From Azolla caroliniana (lineage: Eukaryota > Plantae > Polypodiophyta), in contig JBHGNT010000010.1 of NCBI GenBank assembly GCA_043228905.1, positions 11,098,001-11,162,000 on the forward strand: a stretch of 64,000 nucleotides of DNA, written 5' to 3'. A program made the position numbers and the translations under genes. The notes below the pieces were generated by a model. It saw only the letters and a list, made by a program, of their open reading frames with translations, was not told the origin of the DNA and did no database searches. Shown piece after piece: positions 12,410 to 26,662 of the stretch (within the stretch, counting starts at the first letter, position 1; each line of letters starts with the position of its first letter).

Positions 12410-14990
12410 ATTGAAAATCTTCACGAAAACGATCGACCATGACGAATACCGAGTCATAACCACCCACAAAGGGAAGGTCAGTGATGAAATCCATGGAAAG
12501 AGAGGTCCAAGGCCGTTTGGGGATTGGGAGAGGGCGAAGGAGACCATATGGTCGATGATGAGATGCTTTAGAGAGAGCACAAACGTCGCATGACTTAACG
12601 AACTCTCTGACTAAATTCCATGGTTGTGGCCACCAATATCCCCGAGATATCAACTCCAAGGTTTTGGCAATGCCAAAATGACCAACAAGTGGATCATCGT
12701 GACACTCGTGAAGCACCCTTGTCTGACAAGGACCTTCTGGGACATACAAACGATTATCATGAATTGTAAAACGAGCTAAATTAGGTCTTTTGGGTTCATG
12801 GGAGGGGTTTGTGATACTTGCCTTGACCTATGTGGCGAACTTGTTAGTCGTAGTGGCTTATGCTATTTGCTTGAGCAAAGAGTCATCCCGGAGCAAGCAA
12901 GTCACGAAGTTGTAGAATTGGTTAGGCTTTAACAAACTCTGGGACTGATGAACATAGGCTTCATCCTCCGGAGTGAGCTTGAACTCAGACTGACAGGATA
13001 AGACATCGGTCATCGTGTGTTGAGCGTTGGGTCAAAAGATTATCTCAAAATCATAGTTTGCCAAGAAGGTCGACCATCGCGCCTGTCTACGATTTAATGT
13101 TCATGTGGTAGAAAAGTATATTAGATTTTTGTGATCGGTAATCACTTGGATACAGTGTTGCGTCCTGGCTAAATAGGGTCTCCATTCTTCAAAAGCAGCA
13201 ATAATAGCGAGAAGCTCCTTGTCGTATATGGGGTAGTTGATTTTTGGGGCCGTGAATTTGCGGTAGTAGTAAGCCACCGGGTGAAGCACACCGACCTCAT
13301 ATGGCTGGGAGAGGATCGCCCCAATGGCGAAATCGAAAGCATCCGTTTCGACTTGGAAAGGCTTAGTTGGGTTAGGATGTAAAAGGACCGGTGCCATAGT
13401 AAAGGCTTGTTTTAGCAAGTCGTACGCTTTTCGGCATCTGTTGTCCATTCGAAAGTAGCATCCTTGCGGGGAAGAGCAATGAGAGGTTGTGCAAACACTG
13501 AGAATCCTTTGATGAAGCAATGATAAAAATTGGCAAAACCAAGGAATGATTGCACATCTCGTACCCGAGTTGGGACATCCCTCTCTTGGATAGTCTTGAC
13601 TTTCCGTGTGTCCATTGTGATTCCCTGTGTCGAAATGACATACCCAAGAAACTCTATAGAAGTACGATCAATTCACATTTTTCACCTTTAGCATAGAGTC
13701 CGTGCTCCCGAAGTTTGGCGAGGACTAACATGACATGTCGAGTATGCTCCTTGATGTTCGAAGAGAAGACCAAGATATCATCTAGATAGATCACAACAAA
13801 GTGATCTAGATATTCTCGGAATATGTCATTCATCATATGCTGAAATACTGCAGGAGCATTAGTGAGGCCGAAAGGCATTACCTTATACTCGAAATGTCCA
13901 TATCGCGTTCTAAAGGCGGTTTTACATTCATCTCCAGGTTTGATCCATACCAAATTGTATGCTCCCCATAGGTCAATCTTGGAGAAGATATGCCCAGTCC
14001 AGAGTCGATCCAATAGCTCTAGGATGAGAGGCAGTGGGTAGCGGTTGCAAACAGTAATCTTGTTTAGACCCCAATAGTCAACGCAGAGGCGTAAGTATCC
14101 ATCTTTCTTTTTCACGAACAAAATAGGAGCTCATGCTGGTGATTTTGAGGGTTGAATAAAACCCTTTTCAAGGTTCTCGTCGGTATACGTTCGGAGAGCC
14201 TGGAGTCCTGGTTCCGACAACCAATAAATTGGGCCAAAGGGAGGATTGGCACCTTCTTGCAGATTGATCAGACAGTTGTAGCATTGATGCTCAGGCAATT
14301 GATCAACATTCTTTTTCTCAAATACGTCCTTGAAGTCTTCATACTTGGACGGTAGTGAGTCAGTAGTTGTCCTCATTGGATTGCTTGACGAGGCACTATG
14401 CACTATTTTCCTTGTTGTGACTGGTATGTGAGCATCTCCCTTGGAACTGATTCCTGCATTAATAGGAGGGTGAGCGCCTGCAACAACATGAGATATTGCT
14501 TGCACCTCCAAGCTGGTTTGGGAGAAAGTAATGGAGTGATTGCGCCAATCAACAAGTGGATTTTGTGCCTTCAGCCAAGACAAACCGAGGATGATCGGAT
14601 GTCGCGGTGAAGTGATAACATAAAACGTTAATGCCTCCTAGTGGTCCCCGAGTTGTAAGATAAGTGGGACACTGGCTTCGGTGACTGCTCCTGAAGAAAG
14701 CATGTGTCCATCGATAGCTTCCACTGGGATTGGCTTGGACAATCGGACAACCGAGAATTTGTGTTTACGAATGAAACTTTCGTCCGTAAAACATGTTGTT
14801 TCCCCATAATGTAGAAGTGCTAAGGATCTAATTGAAATGTACTTGAAATGGATGCTTACCGGAAAGGAGAAATCTTCTGTCGATGTAGCCGAACTATGGG
14901 AGCGACACAAATGCGGATTGTCCAACCACATGACTCCTACTGTTGTTGGACACTGTCATTTTCCCGTTGTTGGGGCCGTCTTGTCATATT
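12410..14990 (-). mobile_element. Ty3/gypsy pol relic, chromovirus-type (Tcn1-like), truncated at both ends
   Basis: Protease 14638-14931; RT (FVKKKDG..LRLCVDY..LNKIT..NRYPLP, YLDD) 13412-14583; RNaseH (VETDAFDFAIGAIL, IYDKELLAI) 13101-13520; integrase start (HDDPLVGH..C..C, SMDFITDLP) 12408-12749. The clade label comes from motif resemblance only. Confidence 0.85.
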
Positions 14991-15044
14991 GTTTGTAGAG
15001 ATTTGTCGTTGATTATTCTTGATTGGGCAAAAACGAATGAGATG

Positions 15045-15410
15045 GGTGGAATGAGGCTAAGTACTAAGAGAGAGCGAGAGCATAAGCAAGATCACAAGAT
15101 TGTCAAGGACAAGTAGACGAGGCTCAATATTAAGAGATAGCGGGAGAGAGAGCATAGACAAGAGAACAAGCAAGAGAGAGGATAGACAAATAAACAAGAA
15201 CTGTATATGCTTTCATAACTGGTGTTGTTCACCTTGATTTTAATCAAGGTGCACCCCAATATTTATACAAGAATGTGGATGTATGCATGAAAGCTAGAAG
15301 ACTTGCAGAGAGTGCATGGAAACTTCTAGAGAGTACATGAAGATGCATTCTCTAGAAGGTTCTTGAAAGTTCTAGTGATCAATCTATAATGAAATAAGTT
15401 GAATCTTACA
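15045..15410 (-). repeat. possible solo or partial LTR between two relics
   Basis: Minus strand begins TGTAAGA at 15410 and contains TATAAATA followed by a CT-rich tract. No partner copy or TSD found. Confidence 0.3.
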
Positions 15411-15499
15411 CAATACAATAATGTATAGATGGATGTAGCTCAATTAGTAAGGTTGCCCAATAAGAACAGAAGGTCATAGGTTCAATCCCTACCATTCCA

Positions 15500-18359
15500 T
15501 GTGGCATTTTCCGGAGTTCTCTCTTTCCTTTTGGCAACTCTGTCAATTCATGTGTGGTTCTCATGCAGGGAATCCATCTCATCTTGCATGGCACTTAACC
15601 ACTTGCAGTTGTGGGTGTCTCTCTTTACTTCTTTGAAGGTTTCCGGCTCCCCCTCGTTGGTCAATAGTCCTCGCTCTTCAATCGGAAATCTCCAAGGGGC
15701 TCTTCTTTCCCTTAGAGGATATCTTCGACCCTGGTTTTCGACCACCGATTCCTCCGTCTGTTCTTCATCCGAATCTGATTCGGGGTCTTGTCCCGTTACA
15801 GTGTCCAATTCTTCTTCTCCGGTTGGTTCAGTTTCTTCTCTGACTCCAACCGGTTCTTCAAGTGTCATCCGGCTTCCGATTGGATGGGTCCTTGCATCTC
15901 CCAACTGATCTCTGTCTGGCAACCCGAAGTCCACTATCTTCTTCTCTGACTCCCAGTCAGCAATGATCTTGTCTTCCATGAAGACTATGTCTCGACTCCG
16001 GAAAGCCTTCTTATCGACCAAGTCCCATACCCAAGGAATATGCATGGCCGGGACTTCAGATCTAATTTCCCTCTCTTGTCCTTTGCTACATGCACGTAGG
16101 CAAGGCACCCGAACACCTTTAGATGTCGGTAGGACATGTCTTTGTCAGTCCATACTCTCTGCTTCCAAGGGTGCTAAGGGTGATCTGTTTATCACGTACG
16201 TTGGTGTCATCAACGCCTCAACCCAAAACGTCTTGGGCAACTTTGCATGTGCTAGCATGCTCCGGACTCTCACCATCACAATCCAGTTCATTCTTTTAGC
16301 CAATCCGTTTAGCTCTGGCATCTTCGGCACGGTAAATTCGAGCTGGATTCCCTTCGACCGACAATACTCCTCGAACTGTCCCCGTTATTCTCCTCCGTTG
16401 TCCGCTCAAACTGCCTTTAGCTTTCGGCCGGTTTCCCTTTCCACTCTCGTGTGGAATTTCTTGAAGATGGATAATACCTGGTCCTTCGTCTTCAGCGGTG
16501 AGATCCACAACTTCCGGACGTGGTTATCTATGAACATCACGAAGTACTGCGACCCAGGATATGACTTTGTGTCCACTTGGCATACATCGTTATGCACAAG
16601 CTCTAGTGGTTCTTTCCGTCTTGTTGGTGGTCTCGACCGGAAAGAGGTTTGGTTCTGCTTGCCAGCCAAGCAATCAATGCACTTCTCAAGTTGTGCGTCT
16701 TTCACCTCCGGAATGAGGTTATCTTCAGCAAGTCTTTGCATTCCCTTCTGGCTCATGTGGCACAACCTCTTGTGCCACAACTCACCAACAGTATTGGATA
16801 CCATGTTCACTTCTTCCCGGCATATCCGAGCATGCATCAGGTACAACATGTTGATCTTCCGCGCTCGAGCCACGATCAAGCTTTCTTTGCTGAACTTCAG
16901 GAATCCGTTCCAGATGCTACCCGTGTAGCCTTCGTCATCCAGCCTATCGGCTTATATCAGGTTCAACCGAATTTCTGGAATGTGTCGGACCTCTTTCAAT
17001 AGCAGCTTGCACCAAGTTGATGTCTTCATCCACATGTCTCCTATGCCGACAATTTGGCATGCACCTTCATTTCCCATCCTGACACAACCGTGATCTCTAG
17101 CTCTGTAGGATGAGAAGCACTTCTGGTCGGGGGTCAGATGGAACGACACTCCGGAGTCGACCACCCATGTAGTCTCATTGTTGGCAAGATGTAGCTCGCT
17201 CTCCTCGGTGATGAGCAGTAGTTCTTCCTCACTTGTCGCAATTGTCGACGTTCCTTTCCAATCCGAACTTCTCCAGTTCGGACCCTTCTTTGAGTCGACA
17301 TTGCCGGTTCCTTTCTCCTTTCGGAAGTGTCGGCAATTCTTATGGAAGTGCCCTAACTTTCCGCAATAAAAGCAAGTGGGCCTTCCCCTTGACTTCGACC
17401 TTGTCCTCGATTTGTCCTGGTTTGGGGACTCCGATTGCAGCCTCTTCCCCGGTTATGGTCGTCTTCCGTAACCAAGGCCTTCGGATTGGTTCCAGACTCC
17501 CGGTCTTTCCGGCAAGCTTCTTCGTCCAACAAGCTTGATTTTACGGTTTACCCTTGCTAGGGATAGTTGTTTTCCTTCCGGCCCGATGTTGCCCAAAGTG
17601 GCAACTAGCGTCTCCCAACTATCCGAGAGGGAACCGAGCAACAGCAACGCAAGTACCTCGTCGGCTAGAGGTACTTCCAATGAGGTTGTTTGGTTTATAA
17701 GCCCATGGAAGGCATTCATGTGCTCCGCCATGTTGGAGCTGTCTTGGTATCAGAGTCTCACTAACTTTCGTAATACTGAGACCCGATTCACAACATTTTT
17801 GCTCTCCAACATGGTACCGATTTTCTCCTAGCGCACATGAGCCTTACTTTCTTTGTTGAAGTTGTTGTACAGGCTCATATCGATGAAGCACCAAATGTAT
17901 GTCATCGTCTTCATGTGCATTACTTCCCAAATCGTGGCATCGATCTTGTTCGATCTTTTGTCCCCAAACTGTACCGGCAGCCAGAGATCTTTGACCACCA
18001 ACATGTCCCTCATCTTTGACTTCCATACTAGGTAGTTGGAGCCGGTGAGCTTGAACATGCCACTGAAAGAAACTTCCGTTTTCTTTCCTTTGTTGTTCGC
18101 TCTGATATAGGTTTGTGCGGAATAACGCTCGGCCACAAACAAGTCTCAATAAGACAACATAATAGAAATAAATATTAATGCACTTACATAGAATGAGACG
18201 ACACAATATGTTTACGTGGAAAACCTCAAGAGGAAAAACCACGGGAGTTCACAGACTCCGAACAAGATGACTATAGGGCAGAGGTACTACAATGTGAGAC
18301 TCAAAGCCAACGATCTCGAGCTTTGTCTTCGCCAACCGACGGTTACAATAGAAAGGCTT

Positions 18360-18422
<63 letters not shown>

Positions 18423-18550
18423 TTCTCTCTCTTTGTATCTCTCTCTGTACAACGATAACAACATTGCATCAATAAAATGATTTCCCTAAGTTATATTTAT
18501 ACTTATATAACTTTTAGGGTTATGTACAAATGTAGCCTCAACGGCTCACA
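15500..18550 (-). mobile_element. Ty1/copia LTR retrotransposon relic (Tnt1/Tork-like), 3'-truncated at the start of RT
   Basis: Probable 5' LTR 18114-18550 and degenerate tRNA-iMet PBS (gctctgata at ~18099-18107). gag 17350-18058 (KLTGSNYLVW, LLLGSLSDSW); protease VVDSGVSFH ~17160; GAG-pre-integrase LWHKRLCHMS and integrase 16145-16879; RT start (W..AMQDEMDSLHENHT) ~15550. Confidence 0.88.
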
Positions 18551-18875
18551 TGAAACCTATTTACAAATATGTCCCTGCTTCAGGTTTACACCAGATCCAT
18601 CCTGATACCTTCCGGATATCTTCCGGATCCCATCTAGAGAGACCGGTTTCCCAACATGTCCTCGTGGTGACCAACTCTTGTAGCGAACACACCAGTACCA
18701 AGTATGACTCAACGCCATAGTGGTGGTATGGGACGCCGATTGAGGCTCGAGTCCGTCTCGATCTCTTCGCTCGGGGGTGGTCGGGTGGATCGGCACCCTT
18801 CTTTCTCTCTCTCATCTCTTTCTATCTATCTATTATATCCTTATCATATGCTTACATTAAGATTGAGCTCTAACA
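18551..18875 (+). repeat. LTR fragment related to the chromovirus LTRs at 31956 and 38510
   Basis: Shares GCTCGGGGGTGGTCGGGTGGA and GGTATGGGACG with the reverse complement of that LTR; ends CTCTAACA (chromovirus LTR ends CTCTTAACA). Confidence 0.5.
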
Positions 18876-19299
18876 CTGATAGAGAGGAAACAATTGAAGA
18901 ATATTGTTTTCTAACACATTGAATAAAATTAGTACAATCGTTTAGTGTAAACGTTATTGAATGGTGGACCCAATCAATAGATAAATAAGAGTTTTTAGTA
19001 CAGAACTAGGGATAACCCATATTACATCAATGGTATAAAGATTCAATAAGTATCTACTTGTTATACATAAGCATCAATGTAAATTGCCAATGAATGAATT
19101 GCTTTGTTGATGTATTGTTCTCTTCCATAAGCCGAGTGCACCTTATAGGTGTGATCACTAATAGTGGGTTGGATTCCCAATATCTAAACCAAATGATCAT
19201 TCACAAAACTACGTGAGCTTCTTCAATCAAACAAGAATTGTACTGGAGATCCATTCATGTACTTGTTTGCACATAGTAAATCATTGGGTCCCAATACAT

Positions 19300-20560
19300 A
19301 GTGAGGGAAGGAACATTTACAACTACTTAAATGATGTGTATAGACCTCAAGGACATCAAGAATCTAACGTTTATGGTCTGCAATTTTGTTTTCGTTGTCG
19401 TGCTCTTTGCATTGGAACTTCCGACATTGCTCTTTTGTGTGACCCTTCTTTTCGCAAAACATGCAAAAAGGATTTTGTCGCTTAAAATCATGATCTAGGA
19501 ATTTGTTGGGTATCTTGCATTTCTTAGTGAATTGTGACTACTTAGTCCCAAGCGCTTCTTATTTGTTATCATGGTCCTTCTTCTAAGTCTGTTGATAATG
19601 AAGAACTATTTCAATGACCTCTTTGAAGGATTTCAGATCCTTATTGTGGACTATCCAACAATACTTCGAATTGGGAATGTCATTGACAAAACAAGTGACT
19701 AACCAAATTGCCCCTTCCAAACCCAATTTTTGAATTTGGGTTCTAGCAAGGTGCACGTAATCATCTAGTGAGGAAAATTTTCGACTATAGAGGTTCATTA
19801 ATGCTTTTGATGTGTCAGTGTGAGATGGAGGTTGTAGAAATTGAACCTTGGAAACCGTGACAAAGTCTGTCCAAGTATTTGGCAAAATCCCCATAGTGCG
19901 AAGCCCACGCCACCAGGTGGTAGCCTTACCCCCTACTTCTCGATTGATATATGCAATGTTTTGTACTATCTAATTTGGGATAGAGCTCAAAATGGGACTC
20001 CTGTCGGCCAAGCCTTGTGCAAATTGCTTCTTCGGTTCTCTCATTTTTCTCTCCCATAAATGGCTTGGCGACAAATGATGGTTCACGTTGACGTTCATAT
20101 GGTCTATTAGTATCTCATTGCATACTAATGGCATGCGCTTCTAGAGCACCATGAGATTGTCGAAGTTTGGAAATCTCGTTCAAGGTAGAATTAAGGAAAT
20201 TTTGTATTTGTAAAAAATACGGTCAATTGGGAATGCCTCAAGACTATTTCCTTGAATCCCCTCCGCTTGGGAGGATGCCATCGGGTGGTTGTTATTATGA
20301 GCCATGGAAATCTAATGTTTGGCAAAGAAATAGGATATGATCAAACAAATATCTATAACATATTGTCGTGATGTAAACATATCATGGGCAAACATGAATC
20401 GATATCATAATCTCATGGTAGTACCCCTCTAGACATATGAGATGAAGTTAAGATCAGGTAACTATGGTAACACAAAGGTATTTTTAAAACCATGGGGGTG
20501 ACAAAGGAATATCTTTCCCTGGTCTCTACATCGATTTTTTTTATGGTGGCTCCCTGAGCT
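19300..20560 (-). mobile_element. chromovirus gag and 5'-leader relic related to the element at 31956-38982
   Basis: ORF 19583-19894 (LPNTWTDF..FLQPPS..DDYVHLARTQIQK) is homologous to gag 36201-36932. Non-coding block 20424-20558 matches 36940-37077. Confidence 0.8.
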
Positions 20561-20632
20561 CTTTAAGTCCTATAACGAGGACCCTAAAGTGTAGTTAGAC
20601 CCAAAGTCTAAACATGTTTTATAGTTGTATTT

Positions 20633-21216
20633 ATCAATAATGTTGTATGGTCTTGGTCATATTTGAACTCAAAACCTCACAAACGAAGCCATTAAACACT
20701 TGAGGTAACCAAATGGCTTGCTCCTTTCAAATTTGCAACATTTATGCGTATGAGAGATATGCAAAGGCATGTACCCATTTATTTTTTAAAAGAAAAACAC
20801 GTGCCTAGAATCCTTCTTTCCCCCTCGTTGACTAAAAAACTATGTTGGTACGTGACCCAACCTCAAGCTTGACATCACAATGCCATGCCATAAGGAGCAC
20901 CCTAATGGTTAAGCCAACACTAGCCCTCTTTTCCGGAGTCATATGTATCAATATTGTTGTATGGTGTTAGTCATATTTGAACTCGAAACATCGAGAACAA
21001 AGCCATTAAACGCTTGAGCTAACCAAATGGCTTACTCCTTTCAAATTTTAAATATCATATTTTAAAAAAAGAGAGAAATATGTGTTTAGAATCCGTCTTT
21101 CCCCCGCGTTGACTAAAAAACTATGTTGATACGTGACCCAACCTCAAGTCTAAGCATTACAATGCCATGCCATGCGGAGCACCCAAATGGTTGAGCCAAC
21201 ACTAGCCCTCTTTTCC
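20633..21216. repeat. imperfect tandem duplication (~300 bp and ~270 bp)
   Basis: ATCAATAATGTTGTATGG...CCAACACTAGCCCTCTTTTCC at ~20633-20933 recurs at ~20947-21216. Confidence 0.8.
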
Positions 21217-22006
21217 ATAGTAGGCCCACATGGCCCATCACATGGTTACTTCATTACGAATGTATTTCGTAATGATGATCTCATGGTGGCCTCGTAATCA
21301 TGTAACGAGTACGGGATGTTGGATGCAAGTTTCATAAGGGCAACCTCGCACGAAGCGGGTCAAGCCCTTACGCCCACAACATCATTGTGGCCATGCGTGT
21401 TTAATTGTTACGTATAGCAAAATTGAGGTGACCAAAGGGGGATCACAAAAAAATTGTTAAAAAAGGATGGTGACTATGCTTTCCCAACAAAAACTGTGAA
21501 GACGGCCAACAAGATCCTTACACTCAAAACCACAACATTCGATATACCAATATCATTAACAAATTCCTAATATACACGTTATACGTTTATGAGATGTATA
21601 AGATCACATACACATACATGTGAGTACATATGTATATATGTATATAAAAGAATCGTTAACAAAACATAAACCAACAAATGCTGTAATAATGGAGATATGT
21701 AATCGAGGCACGTAGCCCCTACGTAGACACTGTCGTGATGTGGTGCGACCAAAGGTAGAAAGTGGGAAAATAGAGAGATGTGAAATGGAGTGAAAGTGTG
21801 CGTGGAGACTTCCCACATGGCCGACCCACGGATTTGGTGTGTGTGTGTGTGTGTTGTATTTTGTGGGGAACTAACGTATGTATGTAGTTGTTCTTTCAAA
21901 ATTATATGACAACGTAGGTATGGTATGCGTATGTTTATGAGAGACGCACAACATTCTCTCTCTCTATCTCTCATAAACATACGAGCACACACACCCACAC
22001 CTTCAC

Positions 22007-22105
22007 ATGTATGTATGTATGTATGTACATGATGTATGTGTACGTATGTATATGTATACGTATATGTATATGTATATGTATATGTATACAGTATATGTAT
22101 ATGTA
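22007..22105. repeat. (TATG/TA)n low-complexity tract upstream of the CUE gene
   Basis: Visible ATGT/TA repeats. Confidence 0.8.
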
Positions 22106-22561
22106 TATATTATATATATATGTGTATGTGTTTGTAATCTCCTCTCTTCATCGATCATCAATTATCTTCTTCCTCTGCTACGGACATCGACCTTTTTCAT
22201 GGTTTCCTTGCCAGGTAAGTTCTCCTCTCGCTTTCTGCACACGTATGTGTGCATATTGCTCTCCTGTCTTGTTGTCATCAAGCTTTCTCATCTGTCATTG
22301 ATTGAATACGATCAACGAAATGTTTTCACCATAGTTAGGGTTTTATTATTATTTTACGTAGTCACTGATTGAACGGACTTACATTATTTTTCAGAAGATC
22401 TGGGTTGATCTTTATATATATATATATTTGTGTATGTCATTCTGTATCTATCATTTTGCAGCACAAGATATTCGTTTATTTGTGAAGAAGGCAGTAGGAA
22501 ACAAATAGAGATAGTGCAAGAGAGAGAGAGAGAGTGCGTGTGTGTGGGCAAGGAGGCTGCC

Positions 22562-25248
22562 ATGTCTGCGGTCGTCTGTGGCAGCAAGAGGAGCAACCTT
22601 TTCGAAGAGGGGGTTCATCCTCCCATTGCCAAGCGGTCACGTCGTGGTAGCAACAGCAACTCTCCCGTTCATCTCTCGCTGTGTCGAGGAGAATCGTCTC
22701 CTTCTCGTTCGCCTTGTTCGGTTGGATTCACAGATTCTCCTAGAACTTCTAATCAAAGTCTCATTACTCAGTTGAAGGATCTATTTCCTGATATGGATGA
22801 TCAGGTACATGTTAAAGGTCTTCCTGTCCTTTTTTTTTACTAAAAATTTCCTTTCTCTACTTGTGCCTTGAAACTGATTTATATAGTTACCATATGATAT
22901 ACTCTCATGATGATTGAGTAATAGTGTTGTTTCATATAGCTTCGTGTGTTTATGTTGTTGAAGTAGTAACATTTCCCTGGACAGCGTCCACGGCCCCTGA
23001 CACATGGCTCATGCCCACGCGGACTTTACCATTTAAACTCCACAAAATGTAAGAAACACCACCGATTGGTTACAATTCGACTGATTGATGTCATACTGTC
23101 ATGATGATACAGGAATACCATCATTCTACACAACTTTAACTTGTCATGCTATCATGATTCTGAAATAATGTCATTTCATGTGCTGTGTCCTCATGATTAT
23201 TAGGAAGTAGGTCCCTTTCTTATGCTTCCACATGATATAATTGAGAAATGGTGTCATTTTAAATGGTACACTGTGATTATTGAAATATTGTTCGGAGTTA
23301 CCGTTGAGAAGAAATAATTTTATTGAGTTTTATAACTTCCCACCATTTTCCTTAGTACCACTTCAGCAATGGATGAAAATTTGCCAGTCCTCAAGTGAAA
23401 ATTATAGAAATATATCAAAAGGCTTCTTTTGGTTGAGTGATGCACAGGCTTGAGTGTGGATGTGGGGCTATGTATGAATTAAGCCAATTGACATGTAAGA
23501 GATTTAACATACATATGCTTAATCGCAAGCACTATTGTGGTTCGAGATACTATCATGGTCATTCTGAAATTTGTTGGTGAATAAAGAAACTGAATAAACA
23601 CTTGAATTTCATGAGACAAGAAAATTAATGATTTGTTATGTTGATGTTTGATAAATATATTTGTTTGATGTCAAGGAGCAGATGCAATCGATTAGTTTTT
23701 AGAGTAAGCTACTGAAAAGTGATTATTTGAAATTTATAAAATAAGTTGGAAAGGGATGCTTCAATGCTATATGATTATTAATTGGAAATGTTATTGACAC
23801 CAATGAAATAAACCTATATTGTAACTTATAAAACCTATTTGTCTTCTGCTCTAATTATTATATTCGAGACTGATGGGAGTGTCCTTGTTATGATTTGTAG
23901 TTGATCGAGAAAGTTTTGGAGTCAACTGGGCACAATATTGACTCTGCAATAAAGAGTCTCAACGAGCTCCGTCTTAGTTCTGGTAGAGAAGAGAACATCT
24001 TAAATTCTTCCAGGAAAGATAATTCTGTTGAGGCTCAGATTTTAACAGGTAACTTTTCACCAAATTGATTAAAATTATGCTATAAGGTGTTGCTTATCCT
24101 AGTGATTTGGTCCTCCCTAAGCCAAGGATGGGGAATTCAATTTCAGCTACATGCTCAGGTCTTGCATTTAAGGAGAAAGACAATCTTATGGTTGCTCTAT
24201 TTGATTGCGATTGAGTACTGGGATATTTGCACATTAAATCCTGCATTTCCCGTTTTTTTTCTCGATATACTTCTAACCTTTTAACAATCTTATGGTTATT
24301 CTATTTGATTGTGAACGAGTACTGGGATATTTGCACATTAATTCCTGCATTTTCTGTTTTTTTTCTCTCGATGTACTTCTAACCTTTTACTTGTAACATT
24401 TATTTATAGATGCGGTTGCTCGGTCTGGCGCTGTTGAAGCTCCTAGATTGGAGAGTGTGAATCCAGAGCAGATTGTGGATCAGCAACAGCAACCTCAATC
24501 TGAAGGCAGTAAATGGGTGGAACTGTTTGTACAAGAAATGCTTGGTGCTTGTAATCTTGATGATGCCAAGGAACGTGCAGCTAGAGCTTTAGAGGCTTTT
24601 GAGAAGTCCATCATGGGCCGAACTGGGTCCTTGGTTGAAGATTTGCAAAAGGTATATGAAGGATCCATCTTTTACTTTTGAAATTCTTGTTTTTACCTTT
24701 CAATTTGTGTCAAATTGAACGTTTTTGATGTCTTTCAATTACAGGAAAACTTTGTGCTTAAAGAGCAACTTCAGGTTTTTGTTCGTGACAACCTCATCTT
24801 GAAACGTGCTGTTGCTATTCAACATGAGAGGCAGGCAGAGCATGAAAACCGCTCACAGGAAATTAACCGATTAAAGGAGTTGATTTCTCAGTATCAGGAA
24901 CAGGTTCGGACATTGGAGGTGAGTAAAGCTTTTATAACAGTTTTCTGTTTTGAGCATCATGATATCTGAATGAGATTCAATTGATAATGCCCATTGTTGT
25001 ATTATCATCCATATACTTCTTCACATGATCATGCAAGTGAGTGATTAGGGTAGAGGTCACAAGTTCAAGTTCATTAGTTGGTTTGCTTGTTGCTGCTTGT
25101 AAGAATGATAATGTCAAAAAGGTATTGTAAGAATGATATGCCTTTTTTTCTGCTTTCCCAGGTGAACAATTATGCCTTGACCATGCATCTTCGGCAAGCT
25201 CAAGAAGGAAGTTCTATTCCTGGACGATTCCATCCAGATGTGTTCTAA
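22562..25248 (+). CDS. CUE (ubiquitin-binding) domain protein of the plant 'Ubiquitin system component Cue' family; 5 exons: 22562-22804, 23901-24048, 24410-24651, 24745-24918, 25162-25248 (297 aa)
   Basis: Starts MSAVVCGSKRS. CUE motif L..LFPDMD.Q/LIEKVLE..G.NIDSAIKSL spans exons 1-2, followed by WVELFVQEM..DAKERAARALEAFEK, N.ILKRAVAIQHERQ and the C-terminus VNNYALTMHLRQAQ..SSIPGRFHPDVF*. All introns are GT-AG with consistent phases (894 nt total). A possible 5'UTR intron lies at 22215-22461. Confidence 0.93.
24180..24389. repeat. ~104-bp tandem duplication in intron 2 of the CUE gene
   Basis: ACAATCTTATGGTT...ACTTCTAACCTTTTA occurs twice consecutively. Confidence 0.85.
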
Positions 25249-26662
25249 ATATACAGCTGGAAATTGTTCTTTAGAATATTTTTCCCCGAAAAACCTACAA
25301 CATTTATTAGCTCAATGGCTGGACTGAACTAACAGTTTAGCTAATGGATGTGCTAACTAAATGCACACTTTTCAAGTGATATGATAAATATAAATGCGTG
25401 CAATCATATTTGTTTTATGATACTGTGTTCGAAGTAACTTTGATCCCTCATAAACATTTGTGTAACATAGCATTTTCTATTTGAACTCATGACACGGATA
25501 GGCTTATGTAGTGGATTACATGTAGGACATGAGATATGATACATATCAAAACAGCACAGCTGATAGGTTGTGTACATACCAATTCATGCAAACATAGATA
25601 CTGAATCTCAAAAACCCTAATACGGTTAACCATGGTATTAGAACCACTACAGTGGACAGCTCTTTGTAGGCATGTCTAAGTTGTAGTCCAAATTTGCCTA
25701 AATGATAAAGGTTGTAACATCTTTGAAAGCTGAGAAGGATTTTACATGCTTTGGAGATCTATAGTGGCAAGTGGAAGAGTATCTCTATGGATATGTTAAT
25801 GGCTAATGGATATTAATTAGGGTACGATTATATGCTCATATTGGAGCTTACAGTATTGAGTACATCTTGATGGGGTTGGTATTGTCTACTATTTGGTTTC
25901 CATAAAAATATTAGATGATTAAATTAATTAGTGGATAATCTTTTGAAAAGGATCTTATGAAGGTATGTAGTGTGTAAAATTTTCATGCAGGGTATCATGC
26001 ATATTTCCATCTTCCAAAACATCAGCTTCAGGTTTCCATATAGTCTCTCGTATTCCCAAACCCAATAGAGTAAAAGAAAAGGCCAATCAAATTGATAAAA
26101 GTAAGTTGCCAATGATTCCACTTTTGAACATGAATCGCATAAAAAACTGACAATGCGTCCATATCAATGGGCTAGCATGCAAAAGTTGTGTGCATACAAT
26201 GACACATGGACTTCAACATTATGGCTCAATTGGCTAAAGCATGTTGCTTCTGTCAAAAAGAAGTTTTGTCCAGTCTATATATCTTGAGCCATAATTGTTT
26301 CAAGAGTTAGGTTCCAATGCTCTTTTCAAACCTCAGTGTACGTGCAATATTAAGTGGTTGGTGTAAGATAAGCTAAATGTTTTGCACAGTTTATTATCCA
26401 ACATCGAAGGAAATCAATTTTGGAACTTCAAAGAATGTTGTCTTTTATACTCTTCAAAACTGTCATTAATCTTTGAATAACATGAATAGACATTTCCGTC
26501 ATCCTTCAAAGTTCAGCTGGTCATTGAGACAACCATCTTAGCATAATCCCGAATGAATTTAGGATAAAACCTTGAATGCCCATTGATATAATGTCTTTCA
26601 GAAATTAATGTCTCCCACACATTCAATCAAGTACATAGCTACTTATACTTCTTAAACCTCAA